Below the pieces are notes generated by a model that worked only from the letters and a program-made list of their open reading frames with translations, was not told the DNA's origin and made no database searches. DNA of 64,000 bases. It comes from Rhodosorus marinus CCMP1338. Taxonomy: Eukaryota > Plantae > Rhodophyta. The stretch is from contig JAMWBK010000009.1 in NCBI GenBank assembly GCA_029953675.1, forward strand, positions 434,001-498,000, in the 5' to 3' direction. The position numbers and the translations under genes were made by a program. Shown piece by piece: positions 49,943 to 62,243 of this stretch (its first letter is position 1; each line of letters begins with the position of its first letter).

Positions 49943-51364
49943 ATGGACGCATCGCGAAGAAAGAGGAGAGTGTACCTACTTTTTGGATCTGGTGGTGGAG
50001 GCCACAAGGCCAGCGCAGAGGCGTTCAATACTGTTTGTGAGCGGCTTCTGTCCAATTCTCGCGTGATTGCCACAGGATCGGTTTGAACGTTTGACCAAGA
50101 TTTTTTTCCTAACGTCTTGCGCTGTTTATATAGTGAGTCAGGCTCACCCGGACTGGGAAGTGGGATTCTTCAACGCTTCTTCAATAGCCGGCATGCTCTT
50201 TGGGGACATGATTTATAACAAGATTCTTGAGAACAATCTCACCAAGCTCATTCCACTTGTTTATTTGGTCACCAGCTCCCTCCAGCCGCTTGTTGAGCCG
50301 GGGTTGAGAGAGCGGTTCATCAACCACTGGAAAACGGTTCCAGAACCGGATGTCGTGGTGTCCTTTGTTCCTTTCCTGAACGCTGTTATATGCGAGTCGA
50401 TCCCCAGCGCGGTTCACCTAACCATCTTAACTGATTTTGCTCACTCAAAGTTAGTTGTCCACAAACAACCGTGTTGAGAGGGTACCTGCCCACCGTGTTC
50501 TAACTGAGCTACTCTAAGCTTGTTCTTTCTTACTGGCAACGCTTATAGAGCTCACCCTTGGCTGCAGTCACATTTCCAAAACGTGCTCGTCGGTACCGAT
50601 CAAGCACGAGAGCAAGCCGCTGAACTTGGTTTCGCGCAGGACAGGATCATCCGTTTATCCGGTATGCTTGTCCATCCTAGGTTTTACAGTCTTCATACTC
50701 CTGTAGAGCTGGACGAGTTTCGGGCGATGTATGGACTTGAACGCAAGGCCATGACCTTTATGATCATGTTCGGATCGCATCCGCCGACGGAGTTCGTTGA
50801 AACGCTGGTGAAGAAGCTCTCAGAAAGAACAACGGAAACGGCAAACTGCATATGCATGTGCGGTAAAAACACCGATCTACGGGAGAGGTTGCTGATCAAA
50901 CATAGAGCCGGGGAATTACAGAGAACAGCGGTCATTGGATTCACAGACAAGATCCCCTTGTTCATGCAGATGAGCAACGTTGTCGTTGGAAAACCTGGCC
51001 CTGGAGTTGTTTCCGAAGCTCTCGTTTCTAGTGACCCTCTCATTCTACTTGTAAGTAGCGTCACGCGTTTTCGTCAGTGAACCTGTTCCTCCGTCCTGAT
51101 CCAGACTGTATTGAGCAAGCTTTCGGTTTTCTGTCGTAGGGAGCCAAGGGGGAAGTCATGCAACAGGAGTTGGACGTGTTAAGGTGGGTGGAAGAAAACC
51201 GTGCGGGGATTGTGGTGACAAGTGCTGAGGAGATCGCAGCTGTCACTGCGAGCCAGATAAAGCAGATGACAGAAAGCGTGCGAAACCTTACGCCCAACAG
51301 AGCAGTTTTTGAAGCTGTCATGGCGATGGATAGTATTCTTGGAGCCGGTGATCAGGGTCGATGA
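49943..51364 (+). CDS. GT28 glycosyltransferase, MGDG-synthase/UgtP-like, bacterial type; multi-exon
   Basis: GSGGGGHKASAEA, PDVVVSFVP, LTILTDF, SGMLVHPRFY, CGKN, GFTDKIPLFM and GKPGPGVVSEA motifs. An in-frame TGA at 49937 precedes the ATG. Confidence 0.85.
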
Positions 51365-51460
51365 GGGCCATGGGCTGCGTCAAGGGTATCCATTCGTGTT
51401 CGTGTTAATGCGGAAACTCAAGAGGTGTGTTATTATTTAGAAAAGAAGAAGAGATTATCG

Positions 51461-52357
51461 TTAATGTCTGGATCCATGAAGAGGTTCTAGTCTAGCGCGT
51501 TTCGACAATCCGATGCGCAATCTGGGCTGATCTGGTCCAATCTGTAGCGGCTCGAAAACCTTGTCCGTATCCTTCGACCCAAGACCTCCGCGTCTGGTCT
51601 GCCCATTGAGCCCAACCCCATTGCTACCCTTGCCTTTGCTTGTTTTTAGACCCTGGATTATCATGTGACAGCAAAACTCAGCCACACTATACATCCGCTT
51701 AGGCAGTCTTGCCAGGGTTGCGTTGTTAGTGACAAGATGAGATCTGTACCTGTTTTCTAACCGAGTTCAGAGTCGGAGCTGCGGTAGCGCTCTCCTCCTT
51801 CTCCTTCTTCTTCTCTGGTCTTTTCCGTTTCGCAGGTGAACTAGCTTTCCTCTGCTTGGTATTAGCCTTCTTGTTCGGCTTTATCGTGTAATCGTCAGCG
51901 TCCGATCCCGATCCTATCACAACTTCTTCGTTACCTTCTTCGTCAGCTGAATCTGCTTCAAAGTCGGAGTGTTCCAGGTCATCTGTGACGGGCAAAAACC
52001 GAAACCGTTAAGTCACAAATCTACAAAACGAAGAGGTCAACGAGAACAGGCTGAAAACCGTTTACCTTCACCACTGTCCAGCTCTACATTCTCCTTTACC
52101 CCTTTCACAGCAGTCGCGGATCTGCTGGTTCTCCGCCCGCTTCTTGTTGTGTAGCTCGTCTTCTCACTATCGACACCACTAGCACCCCATGGCTGTCCAC
52201 TTTCTTTCTCTGGAGAAACCACAGGCACAATCTCGCTGAAATCCTCCTCAGCTCTCACTCCATCCTGCATTTCAGCCTTCTTCTTCCCACGCTTCTTCAA
52301 CAACAATCCATCCGATCCATTCTCCTCGACAGCGCACCCCTTTCCATCCTCAACCAT
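51461..52357 (-). CDS. Disordered nuclear protein ending in a RAD51AP1-type RAD51-interaction motif (3 exons)
   Basis: K/R/D/E/S-rich low complexity with NLS-like stretches; C-terminus PRLRIGLSKRARLEPLH. Introns about 52065-51983 and 51749-51653. Confidence 0.7.
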
Positions 52358-53851
52358 CGCTTCAAACCAAGACAAAAATAGATCACCCTCACTCGGTCTC
52401 AGTCCTAATCTAGACAATCCCACAGTCTTCAGAATCTCAAAAAGGTTGCTACTAACCAAAGAAAATGCAAATGGCAGAAGGCAAATCCTCCAGTGTCCCA
52501 CTCGAAGCGAACAGAAAAGCGCAGAATTTTTAGCCCACCGTTCCCAAACTGTTTATCATTGACTTCATGGGACAGCAGCATCAACGCCCATTCTGGTGGA
52601 GGAGTTTTGGAGACTACTTCACTGGGGACGAAGCTGTTCATCAGCTTAGCTTTAGCAATGATAAGTTCTTGATCGATTGCTTGTCTTGATACTTGTTTTC
52701 TGTTTGAACAGCAGGAATGAAGACAATACAGGTGGCGTTTATCAGAGACTAAGCAATGAGCTACCGAAGACCCGACAAACGGTGCGGCCTCGACACAGCC
52801 AACATCCGGACGGCGTAGAAGTTTTGTCGATGCGAATCAGAAACGATAAGACTCTAGGGATGCTAGTTCTTATGTAGATGCTTGAAAAACTAGGTCTTAG
52901 AGTCGAACTTGTTACTGCTTTTCTGTTGGGCAGTAGACATCAAAAGGGCGAACAGGCTTCATCTGTACAGATCGCAAGCTTGGGAACACGCTAATACCTT
53001 GGGAGATGATGGTTCTTTTGGGGATGCTTCCATAAGTAGTTCTTACAATCGAACTTTATGCTGAATGATTTAGTGGGAGGGCAGCATAAGCGCTACATTC
53101 TGTGATGCAGCATCCTGCAAATAATTGCAAGCTTCATCGGTACAGAGATCATCAGCTTAGGAACAATAAGCTTGAGAGTGCTATACATATATATATATAT
53201 CTTCAACCAACAACTGCTTATTCAATATCTACTTGTTTTCACAATCAACGATACTTACAAGGCCCGCTACAGCTGACCTTGGGTCTTGGGATTAAGTCTC
53301 GTGCACCTGATATAGCTGTCTATACTGACTCCAGTTGCGCAGATTCAAAGGATCGAAAGTCGTTTGATGCGCGCGTGCGTTTTCTTATATAGAGCGTTAG
53401 GTTAGATTTTACACGGTCTATACAAGAAAACGCGCATGCCCGTCACCGAGTATATATCTGTCGAGCAGCACGCATCAACGCGGAACCCAAAACCGCTTCG
53501 GTGCAAATCACAATCAGTAGGATCTATTTTGAGGGACTATTCCGTGCATGCTTCAACAACATGGTCTGAGAATCGAGCGTTCTGTTGAACGCAACTTTCT
53601 TTCGGAGAGCATTTATCAAGGCCAAATAACTTGGTGAGGAAATATACTAGTTTGAAGTAGACTTGCCAAACCACTCTAATTCGTGGCTTCTTTCTCACGT
53701 CCAGCTCTTCCAAACTAGTCACGCACTGGTCCACCGTGAGGTTGGGGAAGATGATATGTTCCGTCCTGCTCACTCTATGAGCAGGTGGAAAGGGCTAGAG
53801 AAGAGTTCACTTGAGTTTGCATCGTTTTTGGTCTTCTCCGAGATTCTCTTT

Positions 53852-54246
53852 ATGTCTGAGGTTAACGTTAGGGCTCTTTATAAGCAGATTCTCAGAGCTG
53901 CGAAGCATTATCCTAGCTCGAACCGGGAGTCGCTGATTGTAGCGATTCGCGAGGGTAAGGCACTTCGTTTCACGTTCGGAAGCGGAAGCTTCCGTTTTGT
54001 TGCTTGTTCATATTGTGATTGTAGACAATGTGCTTTTGACGTTGTTTCTATCTACCTTTTTTGCCTACGTTGGTTTTCTCTTTGGCAGAGTTTCGAGCGA
54101 GCAAGAATTTGGAAGGTGAGAAGCTGAAGGAAAAGATTCGCCTCGCCGTTTATGAGAAGAGAAGGTTGGAGTTTTGGGCGCAAGTAGTGGACAAAAAAGA
54201 TCCTCGAAATTTGAAGAAAGACACGGACATTGTAGTCGATCTCTAG
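53852..54246 (+). CDS. Mitochondrial LYR-motif protein (2 exons)
   Basis: VRALYKQILRAAKHYP...IRE|EFRASKNL. Intron 53955-54087. Confidence 0.85.
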
Positions 54247-54348
54247 GACATAAGAATATACTTTACGTTTGGGAAAATACCATACCCGCTGCTGCCAACT
54301 GAACAGGACCAGGTCCACGGATACTCTACAAAGGCCGCAGCTTCCTTT

Positions 54349-55294
54349 CTATTCATTTTTCTGAGCCTTGAAGGACTCATAGCCCAAGTCTGTTCCATAC
54401 AGTTTGTCGCACCATGTGAAAATACTAGCAAAGTTTCCAGAAAACCTGAAATGGTGGTAGTCGTGGTGTTCAGTGCCCGCGTAGAACTTGAAGTACTTGT
54501 TCGCACTCCATGGCAGGTCGTAGCCAGAATGAATATCAATTGCCTCATATGTGCGAAGCATCAGCCAAAGCCATAGCGTAAAGAGGTGCGGAGAAAGAAT
54601 TACTGGCCCCGTAAACGTTGGAATGCCAAGGATGATGACTTCAATTGGGTGGGCGTACGATGCACTCAACGCGAACGGAGCAGTGTGCTCGTGGTGCATG
54701 TAGTGAATCTTGTTGTAAGCCCATTTGGAGTGCAGCCATCGATGAAGCCAGTAGTTCAAAAAGTCCTCCGCTACGAAAAAGTAAACTTGGGATGTGAGCA
54801 GCTCCATCGCAGAAGGAAGTTCTGAATCCACTCTAATCTGCAAAAGTCCCATCTGGCGAACAAATAGATAAATCATGGGGAACATAAGGTACAGGAACAA
54901 TCCCAAACACACTTGGGAGGCGTTCCATTCCATCTGTGGGGCAGGGCGGGAAACCTAAATTCAGCATCGACTCGACGTCATGAGAATGCCTCTCGGCGTT
55001 CATCACACCTTTTCATCTGGATAGAAATGCTGCTGCACTTTGTACTTGGCGAGAAATGGGATCTTCAACTTATCCAACAGGAGATATGGCAAGCAGCCCA
55101 AAAAGTACCCGAACAGCAGGGAGAACGCCAATCCCACGAACGCGATTGTATTTGTTCCATAATTGCTAAGCAACCACGTCCTATGAGAGCAGAGACACCA
55201 GAAACGATATTCACAGTTAGCCAACTTCGATCTTTCCGAAACGAGCACACGCTTCTTGACAAACACAAGGGACGGGTCGGACTCACCAATGGTC
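54349..55294 (-). CDS. SMO: Sterol C4-methyl oxidase (SMO/ERG25 family); first exon(s) unresolved
   Basis: Histidine boxes HRWLH, HYMHHEH, HSGYDLPW and HHDYHH; also YAHPIE and GNFASIFTWCD. Confidence 0.9.
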
Positions 55295-57743
55295 CTGTAA
55301 AAGACCACGAGAAAGGAGAACAAACGCAAAAGTAGATTCCAACAGCATTAGCTCCACAAGTCACTCTCAGCAGCCCCAAGACTATGCAAGAAAAAGCCAG
55401 CAACACCCAAACCCGTTCGAAGATCCGCGCTTAGGTCCAAGCCAAACTCATAAATCAGCACTTGAGTCTCAGAAATCAGGAAAAAATTATTCTCGTATAC
55501 ATATTCTATATCTGTTAGTTCCCTGTCCTACTCATCTTTGCCATCACTGACCATCCAGTCCGGCCTACCCTCCCTATCGCATGCCCGCTCCAAGAAACAG
55601 TTCACTAAATCCCATTGGCTTCAATCGTAATGAATTCCATCGAAATCAAATCAATACCCAAAACTGAAATATTCATAAAAAAAGCCTGCCCATCCAATAA
55701 ATTCCTAAAACACAATATTAGCAATAATGTAATAACAAAATAAATAGAACATATCCAATAATATATTGAAAACAAATCTATTATGTTCATATAAATATTA
55801 AAATAAAATGTATTCTATTTGAATTACGTGATCGGATATGGTAAATGGCTGTGAGTACTGAAGCTAGTCACTATGTAACGTTTTATTTGTTGAATATGTT
55901 ATGTATTAGGTAACTATTATGAATATAAGCATAAGAATGGTCGTAAAAAGACAGGTGGATATTTTTAATTGGATAATTTAAAAATGAACGGTTCTTGGTT
56001 AAGGTTTTGAGGATTACTATGTTTGAATTTTAGTATTGTTTATGTCGGTTTCGTTTATTTGTTGGAATATAAACTTCAAGAATGTGACATTTTGTATCAA
56101 TCGCTTTGATGGAAACCGGAGCAGCGGTAGGCTGGATGTTGCCGAAAGAGCGGGGAGGCGTGTGCAAGTTTTGCGCTATTGACGGAAGTGCAAGTTGCGT
56201 TTGTGGATAATCTAGCTGCTTTTGTTTATGATACGTCAGTTTTTCCTGGTCATTGGATAACCACTTGTACTGAAGTTCAGTGCTTCTGGCGTCGCAAATG
56301 GATCGCCTCGGAGGCTGATAAGATTCGCTACCTACGAACATTATCTGCTTACGAGAAAAGCAGATTGCTGAAGAGATGGTTTTGGTCGAAGCTGAGCTCA
56401 AAATATTGAGGAGAAGGGAGGGAATGATCGAGGTATTGACTAGGGCGCATTATCAGGCTCTTGCTTTTCCGCACGCAGATCTGTGATAGCTCGGCAATTT
56501 TATCACATCTCCTTCGTTCGCCAACCTCCCCCCCACCGGAGACGATGCGCAGCGATATGTGCTAACCAACGCCATGCCCCCCAACTGCACCCCTGTTAGT
56601 AATCTCCGCAAAGAGTACCGTAGTCTCTGGAGCACCCACAGCTCGTCCTTTCCGTCGGTCGTTAATCTCTTCTTTATCAGCAGCTCAATACTACTGACCT
56701 GCCAAACCTCGGGCATGCAGTCGCAATCGCGACAACGATTTTTTACACGCAGGAGCTCGTTTCTCGTGCTGAGGCTCCCTACATCTAATAACCACCAGCC
56801 TCCCATCCACAACAACTCTAATTGAGGGGGTGCCCAAACCAATTTTCGAATTTTGAAGTTCAGATCTAGCGTTCAATCCACTCGAGCTGGCATTCGTATC
56901 CAGTGCAGAGTCGTGATCTACCCCCATATCGATTCTAGCTGCGCCTCCTCGACCCGTTGCACAAAAAAAGCCAGGGTACGTGGTTCTCGCGGTATTTCTC
57001 TCCTTCAGCACGGGAGCTGCGCCTTCATGCTCCTGCGCTCTGTCTGCGTTGAGGTTCTTGACCTCTGGCTGAATGATGCTACTACAGGCTAGAACCCAAA
57101 ATACCCTTCTCGTTCCTTCAAATCACGGCGTCAGAATCTAGTTATCCTTCGAGGGCATGAGCTGCATATTACGAAGGGTGAAAAGAAACACGCTCGCTCA
57201 GGTCCTCAATAAGAGGAACTGGCCCTTCCGGTTCTTCGGGTTCATTTCAGCAAGTCCCATGCACTCCCCGGTTGTGCCGCACGCGTCCCAGCGCTTGGGC
57301 TGAAACAAGAGGGAAAGCAAGCAAAATCAGTTCAAGGGCTTGCCAGCGACAAGCGTACGCTGCGATGACCCCTATGTCTCGGGCTTGGAGCGTGGGTGAG
57401 CATGGTGGCTGCGGAGGATCCAAACAAACTTGCTGTTGTGAGTTGCCGTTGCAGAGAGCTCCAAAATTTTCGTGAAGTTCGAGAAGAGGACCCCTGCTTC
57501 GCGCGAAATGAAACCGGCCTAGAGTAGCGCCCATACTCCATTCGTTGAGTGAAATTGGTCTTTTATGCTCTGTTTCTTTTTGCTATGCAAAGTGCAAAGC
57601 CCTAGTTGGAACAGGAATTCAGCCTGGTAACCTTCTCATAAGTTTCTTTACTCTGCGATTCTTCTATATGGATTTTTAACCTCCAGGAAAACAAATTTCG
57701 ACCTCGTTCTTTTCTTTTCTCTGCAGCGCTGGCTTCACACCAA

Positions 57744-58157
57744 TTACACACCCCTGCCACCAGCGAAATAGACGCGGAACAGCTGGAATACACTTGATCC
57801 CACAATCAGAAACAAGAAGAGGGCGATCATCGCCTTTCCAACTGGGGACTTGTTCTCCTCAACCTGCCCCTAATCGAGAGCACAAAAGGTTACCAACCAT
57901 GAAGATTAGTATCTTGTTACTGGGACACAGTAAGCGCGTGCAACAAAATAAACTTGGACGTAAAAAAGCCCTCCAGCGCAAAAAAAACAACACACTCCCT
58001 CAAAGCATAAAAGCATTGAAAATCCTCCCCCTCGGAAAAACAAATCTACAAGAAAACGCAGGCGACACTGGCCGGCAAAAGTTACCTTTGTCGTTCCCCT
58101 CTTGGTGATATTCTGGTCAAACTTCTCCGAAGCGACCTTCCTCCTCTGTGCATGCAT
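57744..58157 (-). CDS. SERP1: Stress-associated ER protein SERP1/RAMP4 (2 exons)
   Basis: MHAQRRKVASEKFDQNITKRGTTK|GQVEENKSPVGKAMIALFLFLIVGSSVFQLFRVYFAGGRGV*. Intron 58085-57870. Confidence 0.9.
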
Positions 58158-58479
58158 GTTTTCGCCTTAGATAAACTCCAAATAAACTCCCGAAACAGTC
58201 AAATCAACACCCGCCCGTGAACGTCAACCTGACGTAAAATCCGAAAAACGCCTCAATCACCGCCAAAAACTTACCCCCCTCCCCCCCAAAAAAAAAACAA
58301 CTTAAACTCCTTCTTCAAACCTCAACACAGTCCTCAATGCTTCTCCTCAAAGCCTACCTCCTCTACAACCTTGCCAGGCTCCGCTCCCCAATACTGATCT
58401 CGTTAAATACCATTCATGTCATGATGGGTAAGGCGCCCTCGACAGTACCGAACGTCACCAACACCCTTTCAGTAGCCCA

Positions 58480-58900
58480 ACGACCAAGACAATCTAAACA
58501 ATATATTTCAATTTTATTTTTTCCCTATTCAGTCAACAAGATTCTGCCACTGTCAGCACCGCCCGTGACAACGATCTATTGGCTAATTCTGGAGTAGTCA
58601 ATCCAAATTATTCTTGAAACATCACTATTTTATGCTCGTTGTCAAGTTGAACAGTCATATATTGACTAGTTCAGTCTACTTATCAGTCATTATTCAAGAT
58701 ATGTGATACTATATGCGTCCGTCTAGTATTATGATAAAATTAATACGCAGCGGAGGAGTGACGAATAGTGAACTCCAAGTTCGGTATTTTGATTGATAGG
58801 CTTCTATTTTTAATCTATAGAATATTCCTGATGTCGAGAATTAGATATGTTGATTGAGAAACGGCTTAGGTTTTTTCTTTCTTTTTGGGGTCGTTGATCG
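58480..58900. promoter_or_regulatory. AT-rich bidirectional promoter region (SERP1 / MCM8)
   Basis: AT-rich island between divergent genes, with a C/A-rich flank on the left and a G/T-rich flank on the right. Confidence 0.6.
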
Positions 58901-59210
58901 TTCTTTTACCGGGAAAACAGAGGGTAGAGGACGAAAAGGGTTGAGCATGCAAATAGTGTGCAGCTCACAAAATTGAATGGACAATTTTCGTGAGGTTCTG
59001 GAGAGGGGGAGGGGAGGCTGTGAGCTTTATATTGGACAGGAGGGAGGTAGAGGGTTAGCGAGCTTGTCTTAAAAGTGGGGTATTCAGTGCGAAAAGAGGG
59101 TATTTTCGAAGAAGAACAGTTCACCTCGAAGGTGAAGATTCATCGTCGGCTTGGTTTAGTATTTTTATATTTTTATCTTGGTTGTTTTGTCCCCTCCAGG
59201 TTGGGGAAAA

Positions 59211-62200
59211 ATGGGTGACGTAGAGGGGATTGACAGTGCGAGCTGGCGGGGCATGGACGGATGGATCGCGTATTTCGGGGAGTTGGGGCCGGAGGGTGAA
59301 GATTCGGCCGAGCTTATTGCCAAACAGCTTGTTGTCGATCGGTTACAAGCCTTTTTCCTGGAACCAGGGTGGAGGTTTTTGAAGGATATCGACGAATACG
59401 ATAGGAGCTTTCATTTAGACTTCAGTGACTTCATTTCAGAGTCCCCCATGCGGAGTATCGAGAAAGCGATTACAGACTCTCCGGAAGACTCTCTGCCGTG
59501 CATCGCCCTTGCCGCAGCGCGGGCGCTGGAATCTCAGGGAATCTTCTGCGAGCGGAAGCCTCGGTCCCAGATTGAACTGCTTCTTCCCCGATTTACGGGT
59601 CTGAGCAACCTTACCGGTATGAAGGACCTGAACAGCGCTTCGATTGGTAAATTTCTAAGCGTGCAAGGGCATGTGGTTCGAGTTGGCAACGTACGCCAAC
59701 AGGTGCGTTGAAGGCTGCCATGAGCACTCAGAGAGCGGGTATGCACATCGGTGTTGCTATTCGGTGCTAAGAAGACTCGTTTGTTCACGCACGTCGAAAA
59801 ACAAGGTGAAGTCCTTGGTTTTCAGCTGCTGCAAGTGCGGGAAAGAGTTCACTCAAGAGTTCAAGGATTTCAAATACGCATCGCCTATGGAATGTCCGAA
59901 TGCGCCGACCTGCAGAGGGCATTTCTTCCGACCGATGACAAGCTCAGCAGTGACCTGCGACTGGCAGGGAATTAGAATCCAGGAGAACCTCAGGGACGAC
60001 ATACGAGAGGTTGGTCGAATGCCCCGGACGTTGGATATTGAGTTGGTTTCGGACTTGATCGACTCCTGCAACCCAGGTTCGCCCCGGGATCGGACTATCT
60101 TCCTCTTCCTCAAGAAAAGGCCTGTCAACTAAGTTCTTCCTTCTAGGTGACACTGTTACTATTTGCGGAATCTCGAAAGCCTTGAACGTGGAGGCTGGGA
60201 ACAACGCCGGCGGCAGAGCTCAAAAGGCGAAAACGCACAGCCTTTTTAAACTGTACATTGATGCGAACTCCGTGGTCTCGTCAGGCCGTAGCCGGAAACG
60301 CAGGAGAAAGGCAACGGATGATGACATTACGGACGAGGATCTCACGGCTTTCGAGGAAATTTGTGAGTGTCGCGTTTTCAATATAGATTGCCTTTGTCTT
60401 TGTTTCCGCCGCGTCTGAATCCGTTCATGTTCTGTTTCTACACCCCAGCGGGAGACTCGAACACTTTTGAGCTTCTAGCTCATTCAATTTGCCCTAGTAT
60501 CTACGGCCATGAGCTCGTCAAGGCTGGAATCCTGCTTACCCTTTTAGGCGGTAGTCAAAAACCCGAAACGACGGAGGTTTGTGTGAGGCCAGATATACAT
60601 TGCCTCATTGTTGGCGATCCTGGCCTAGGAAAATCGCAGCTGCTCAAAGCAACAACAAACGTGACCCCGAGAGGAATTTACGTGTGCGGCAATACGTCGG
60701 TACGAGCTTCGAAAGCGCATGTTAATGGTAGAGTTTCAGCACGATCTGCATTCGGAGTGATAACAACCCACCATTTGCACACAGACGACAGCAGGACTCA
60801 CTGTGACCATGGTCAAGGAGCCTGGCTCCAACGACTTTTTCCTTGAGGCTGGAGCGCTGGTGCTGGGAGACGAGGGCGTTTGCTGCATCGATGAGTTTGA
60901 CAAAATGGGATCTGAGCACCAAGCTCTGCTGGAAGCTATGGAACAACAAACGGTATCAATCGCCAAGGTATGGAAAGTGCCAGGCTGTTCTGAGCGGACC
61001 GGACTCGTCGTTGAGAATATACCTCTTGCAACAGGCGGGAATGATCTGCAACCTGAAAACCAAGACAAGTGTCGTTGCCGCAGCCAACCCAAGAGGTGGG
61101 CACTACGATTTGTCGAAAACAGTGTGCGAAAATCTGAAGATCGCATTGCCACTGCTGTCGAGATTTGACCTGGTCTTCATCCTGTTAGATAGCCCTGACA
61201 AGCAAAAGGACAGGTCTGCATTATCCAAGCCATTGCTTCTTTACCCACGAGCGCTCGTTACTGACAAAGGTTGACTGCTTATCGTTTGTACGCTCCCAGA
61301 TTTATCTCCGAGCACGTTCTGACAGCATGCAGCTCGAAAAAGAGAAAGAAAGGCAGCGTCAACATGCGACCTCGATCCAGAGAAAAGGGTGAGCCATCGG
61401 ATTTCGGACCACCGCACTTTCGCGGTGATGTTGAAGAGCTAATCATATTCCCGATTCAGGTACTGAGACAGAGGCTGAGAGAATATCTCTCGAGAAAAGA
61501 TTGCGGAAGTACCGCTGCGATTCCCCACTACCCTCCGTCCTGTTCCGAAAGTATATTTCTTATGCGCGAGCACACATAAACCCGGTGTGTAGCAGTTGAA
61601 TCGAACCCCCACACCCGGCGGCTCGTCAGAAAGGAATTACGACTACCCGGAACTGAATCACTCTCCTGGTTTCTTAGGTCCTCTCGAATAGTGCCAAGAG
61701 GGTCCTCCAGACCTTCTACCTGACTCTCAGACGAGGTATGGGAAATCGGACCTTGGACGTGCCTCCCGTTACAACAAGACAACTGGAGAGCCTGAAGAGG
61801 CTCGTCGAAGCCCGGGCTAAGGCCGAGCATAGACAAATCGCGACCGAGAATGATGCACTGGTATCTGCCCGGCCAATGTGGCTCAGAAGCGTGGAAAACT
61901 GGCTAACAAATGTTGTGATATCATGCCTTACGGACAGGACGTCATTGAGATTCTCAAAGCGTCTCTGGTTGATACTTTCTCTGATGAGCACGGGCGAATA
62001 GACTTCACACGCGCGAGTGGCATGAGCCGAACGAAAGAGGTGAAAAAATTTGTAATGGGATTACATGCGGAGGCACAGAGAACCGGCAACGACGTGTTCA
62101 GCATGTCCGACCTGAAACGGATTGCTCAAAATCTGCAGCTGAAGATTCCAATGTTCGAAGACTTTATAGACATGATTAATCATCAGAACGTCTTGCTCAA

Positions 62201-62243
62201 GCGAAGCAAGGGGTATCATCTGCAGGGTACCCAGCTTGGATGA
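59211..62243 (+). CDS. MCM8: MCM8 helicase, multi-exon
   Basis: Zn finger (CCKC...CPNAPTC), [12 protein letters not shown]-type box, [45 protein letters not shown] and C-terminal [16 protein letters not shown] typical of MCM8. Confidence 0.93.

Noticed and set aside
53183-53199. (AT)n and (GA)n microsatellites (also about 8810 and 23170)
   Set aside because: Short, ordinary simple repeats.
56450-57540. Protein-like minus-strand fragments as a single pseudogene
   Set aside because: Stop density is near random and no motif is recognisable, so it cannot be supported.
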